Positions 61,915-64,000 of a stretch of 64,000 bases of DNA are shown here, piece by piece. The position numbers and the translations under genes were made by a program. The notes below the pieces were generated by a model. That model was not told the origin of the DNA and did no database searches. It saw only the letters and a list, made by a program, of their open reading frames with translations. Numbering within the stretch: position 1 is the stretch's first letter; every line of letters begins with the position of its first letter. Where the stretch lies: NCBI GenBank assembly GCA_947627195.1, contig CANQVC010000001.1:99671-163670 (forward strand), written 5' to 3'. Source of the stretch: an uncultured Bacilli bacterium. GTDB lineage: Bacteria > Bacillota_I > Bacilli_A > ML615J-28 > CAG-698.

Positions 61915-62781
61915 ATGAAAAGTTTATTAAGTCTTGATTTATTGACAAATGATGAAATCATGGATATTCTAAAAGATGCCCAAGAATTCAAACGTGGAAG
62001 TTCTTTTCAATTAAAAGACAAAATAGTAGCTAATCTATTTTTTGAACCATCAACAAGGACTCATTATTCATTTAATGTTGCTGAAGAAAAACTTGGAATG
62101 AAAGTACTTAATTTTGATCCGGGAAGTTCAAGTCTAATTAAGGGTGAAAGTTTTTATGATACTGTAAAAACATTTGCATCTTTTGGTGTAGATTGTATTG
62201 TGATTCGTCATACGCAAAATCGTTATTATGATGAACTTAAAAACATTGATGTCCCAATTATTAATGCAGGTGATGGTACTAAAGATCATCCTAGTCAAAC
62301 TTTACTTGATTTAATGACTATTTATGAAGAATTTGGTAAATTTAGTGGTTTAAAAATTGCCATAATGGGAGATATTAAACATTCTCGTGTTGCTCATGGC
62401 GATATTAGTATTATGGAAAGATTAAACATGCAATGCTATACAAGTGGTCCAGATGAATATCAAGATGATAAATATTCCTTCATTTCTATGGAAGATGCTT
62501 TAAAAGAAATGGATGTTATTATGATGCTTCGTGTACAAAATGAACGTCATACTGAAAAAATGAAATTAACTAATGAAGAATATTTAAGCCAATATGGTTT
62601 AACATTAGATAAGGTAAATAAAATGAAGAAGAATGCAATTATTATGCATCCTGCTCCTGTAAATAGAGGTGTTGAATTAAGTGATGAAGTTGTGGAATGT
62701 TCTAAATCAAGAATATTCACTCAAATTAATAATGGAGTGTTTGTTCGTCAAAGTATTTTAAAAAGGACTTTTTCCAAATGA
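61915..62781 (+). CDS. pyrB: Aspartate carbamoyltransferase catalytic subunit
   Basis: STRTHYSF (carbamoyl-phosphate-binding S-T-R-T motif). HPSQ (compare HPTQ). Confidence 0.85.
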   Translation: MKSLLSLDLLTNDEIMDILKDAQEFKRGSSFQLKDKIVANLFFEPSTRTHYSFNVAEEKLGMKVLNFDPGSSSLIKGESFYDTVKTFASFGVDCIVIRHTQNRYYDELKNIDVPIINAGDGTKDHPSQTLLDLMTIYEEFGKFSGLKIAIMGDIKHSRVAHGDISIMERLNMQCYTSGPDEYQDDKYSFISMEDALKEMDVIMMLRVQNERHTEKMKLTNEEYLSQYGLTLDKVNKMKKNAIIMHPAPVNRGVELSDEVVECSKSRIFTQINNGVFVRQSILKRTFSK

Positions 62782-64000
62782 ATGAAATGACATATACTTT
62801 AAAAAATGGTTTAGTTTATTATCATAAATCACTTAAACAATTAGATATTGTTATAAAAGGAAATAAAATATATAAAATTGGTAATAATTTACAAATTGGG
62901 AAAATAATTGATTGCACATCTTTAGTTGTTGCTCCTAGTTTTATTGACCCACATGTTCATTTGCGAGAACCAGGTTATAGTTATAAAGAAACAATTCTTT
63001 CAGGAACTAATGCGGCATTAAGAGGTGGTTATACAAAAATATTTTTAATGCCTAATGTTAATCCGCCAATTAATTGTTTAAATAATTTATTAACATTACA
63101 AAATATTATAAAAAAAGATTCTAAAATAGATTGTTATATTTTAGGATCTATTACTAAAGGAAGAAAAGGTGATGGATCATTAAGCAACATGGAAGAAATG
63201 GCACCTTATGTTGTTGGTTATTCTGATGATGGCTGTGGTGTCCAAAAAGCTTCATTAATGTATGAAGCATGTCTAAAAGCCAAAGAACTTAATAAAGCTA
63301 TCTTAGCCCATGTTGAAGAAAATTCTTTATTATATGATGGTTATATTTATCAAGGAGAATATGCCAAGAAACATAATCATAAAGGTATATTACCAATTGT
63401 TGAGACAAGTCAATTAGCTCGTGATTTAACAATCGCAAATTATACCCAAACCCATTATCATATGTGTCATGTTTCATGTAAAGATTCAATAGATTTAATT
63501 CGTTTTTATAAATATTTAGGGTTAAATGTAACTGTTGAAGTAACTCCTCATCATTTATTATTAACTGAAGAAGATTTAAAAGAAGATGGATGTTATAAAA
63601 TGAATCCTCCTTTAGGATCTAAATATGACCAGCAAGCTTTAATTAATGCCTTAGTTGATGGTACAATTGACTGTATCGCAACAGATCATGCTCCTCATAG
63701 TTTTGACGAAAAAAATAAAGGATTAGAAAAATCAAGTTTTGGTATAGTTGGTCTAGAAACTTCATTTCCTTTATTATATACAAACTTTGTTATGAATAAC
63801 ATTATATCTTTAGAAAAATTGCTTGACTTAATGAGTGAAAATGTATCTAATATTTTTATGATTCCTTCCAATAAAATTGAAGAAGGCAATGAATGTAATA
63901 TTGTATTATTAGATTTAAATCATGAATATGAAATTTGCTCGGAAAAATTTGCTTCAAAAGGCAAATCAACTCCATTTGATCATATTAATGTTTATGGTCG
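62778..64000 (+). CDS. pyrC: Dihydroorotase, 3' end outside the window
   Basis: VAPSFIDPHVHLREPG and IATDHAPHS, the canonical DHOase metal-binding motifs. ATGA overlap with pyrB. The frame stays open to the window end (absent from the ORF track because there is no stop). Confidence 0.85.
   Translation, partial: MNEMTYTLKNGLVYYHKSLKQLDIVIKGNKIYKIGNNLQIGKIIDCTSLVVAPSFIDPHVHLREPGYSYKETILSGTNAALRGGYTKIFLMPNVNPPINCLNNLLTLQNIIKKDSKIDCYILGSITKGRKGDGSLSNMEEMAPYVVGYSDDGCGVQKASLMYEACLKAKELNKAILAHVEENSLLYDGYIYQGEYAKKHNHKGILPIVETSQLARDLTIANYTQTHYHMCHVSCKDSIDLIRFYKYLGLNVTVEVTPHHLLLTEEDLKEDGCYKMNPPLGSKYDQQALINALVDGTIDCIATDHAPHSFDEKNKGLEKSSFGIVGLETSFPLLYTNFVMNNIISLEKLLDLMSENVSNIFMIPSNKIEEGNECNIVLLDLNHEYEICSEKFASKGKSTPFDHINVYG

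Noticed and set aside
63298-63489. 63-aa minus-strand ORF inside pyrC
   Set aside because: Antisense to the dihydroorotase gene. It appeared in the track only because the end-truncated pyrC itself was not listed.
63695-63889. 64-aa minus-strand ORF inside pyrC
   Set aside because: Antisense to the dihydroorotase gene. It appeared in the track only because the end-truncated pyrC itself was not listed.
1-64000. Possibility that the organism uses genetic code 4 (TGA=Trp), given the Mollicutes-like lipoprotein and OppF features
   Set aside because: TGG is used throughout for Trp. All conserved genes terminate cleanly with standard stops, so code 11 fits.

Overview
This is a very AT-rich (about 28-30% GC) window that reads as a low-GC Gram-positive or Mollicutes-related Firmicute (Erysipelotrichia-like). 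The standard code is used: TGG encodes Trp and long intact ORFs abut with Shine-Dalgarno sites. Everything is coded on the + strand. Many proteins carry lipoprotein signal peptides (L-x-x-C lipobox).

Layout from start to end:
1. A cluster of giant surface proteins and lipoproteins (1-17865). It includes a 2542-aa S8 subtilisin with a PA-domain insert fused to BspA-type leucine-rich repeats, followed by a complete oppABCDF oligopeptide ABC transporter (17877-25768).
2. A 903-aa lipoprotein with GLUG motifs (26166-28877).
3. An accessory block (29105-38992): a permease, a GH9-like glycoside hydrolase with no signal peptide, and a tandemly duplicated two-gene module (small polytopic membrane protein plus LtaS/sulfatase-family enzyme, twice), ending in a Nudix hydrolase.
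4. A guanine-type purine riboswitch and an Asn-rich leader ORF ahead of a complete purine operon, purE-K-L(large form)-C-F-M-N-H-D-B (39467-52619).
5. The most interesting locus (52866-61674): a four-gene cassette of a vWA protein, a PP2C-like phosphatase, a protein-kinase-like protein, and a 1596-aa zinc-ribbon-containing Upf1/DNA2-like SF1 helicase with a nuclease-like C-terminus. It sits between the pur and pyr operons and looks like a phosphorylation-controlled conflict or defence system.
6. pyrB and a partial pyrC at the end of the window.

I recognised no tRNA or rRNA genes, CRISPR arrays or transposases.
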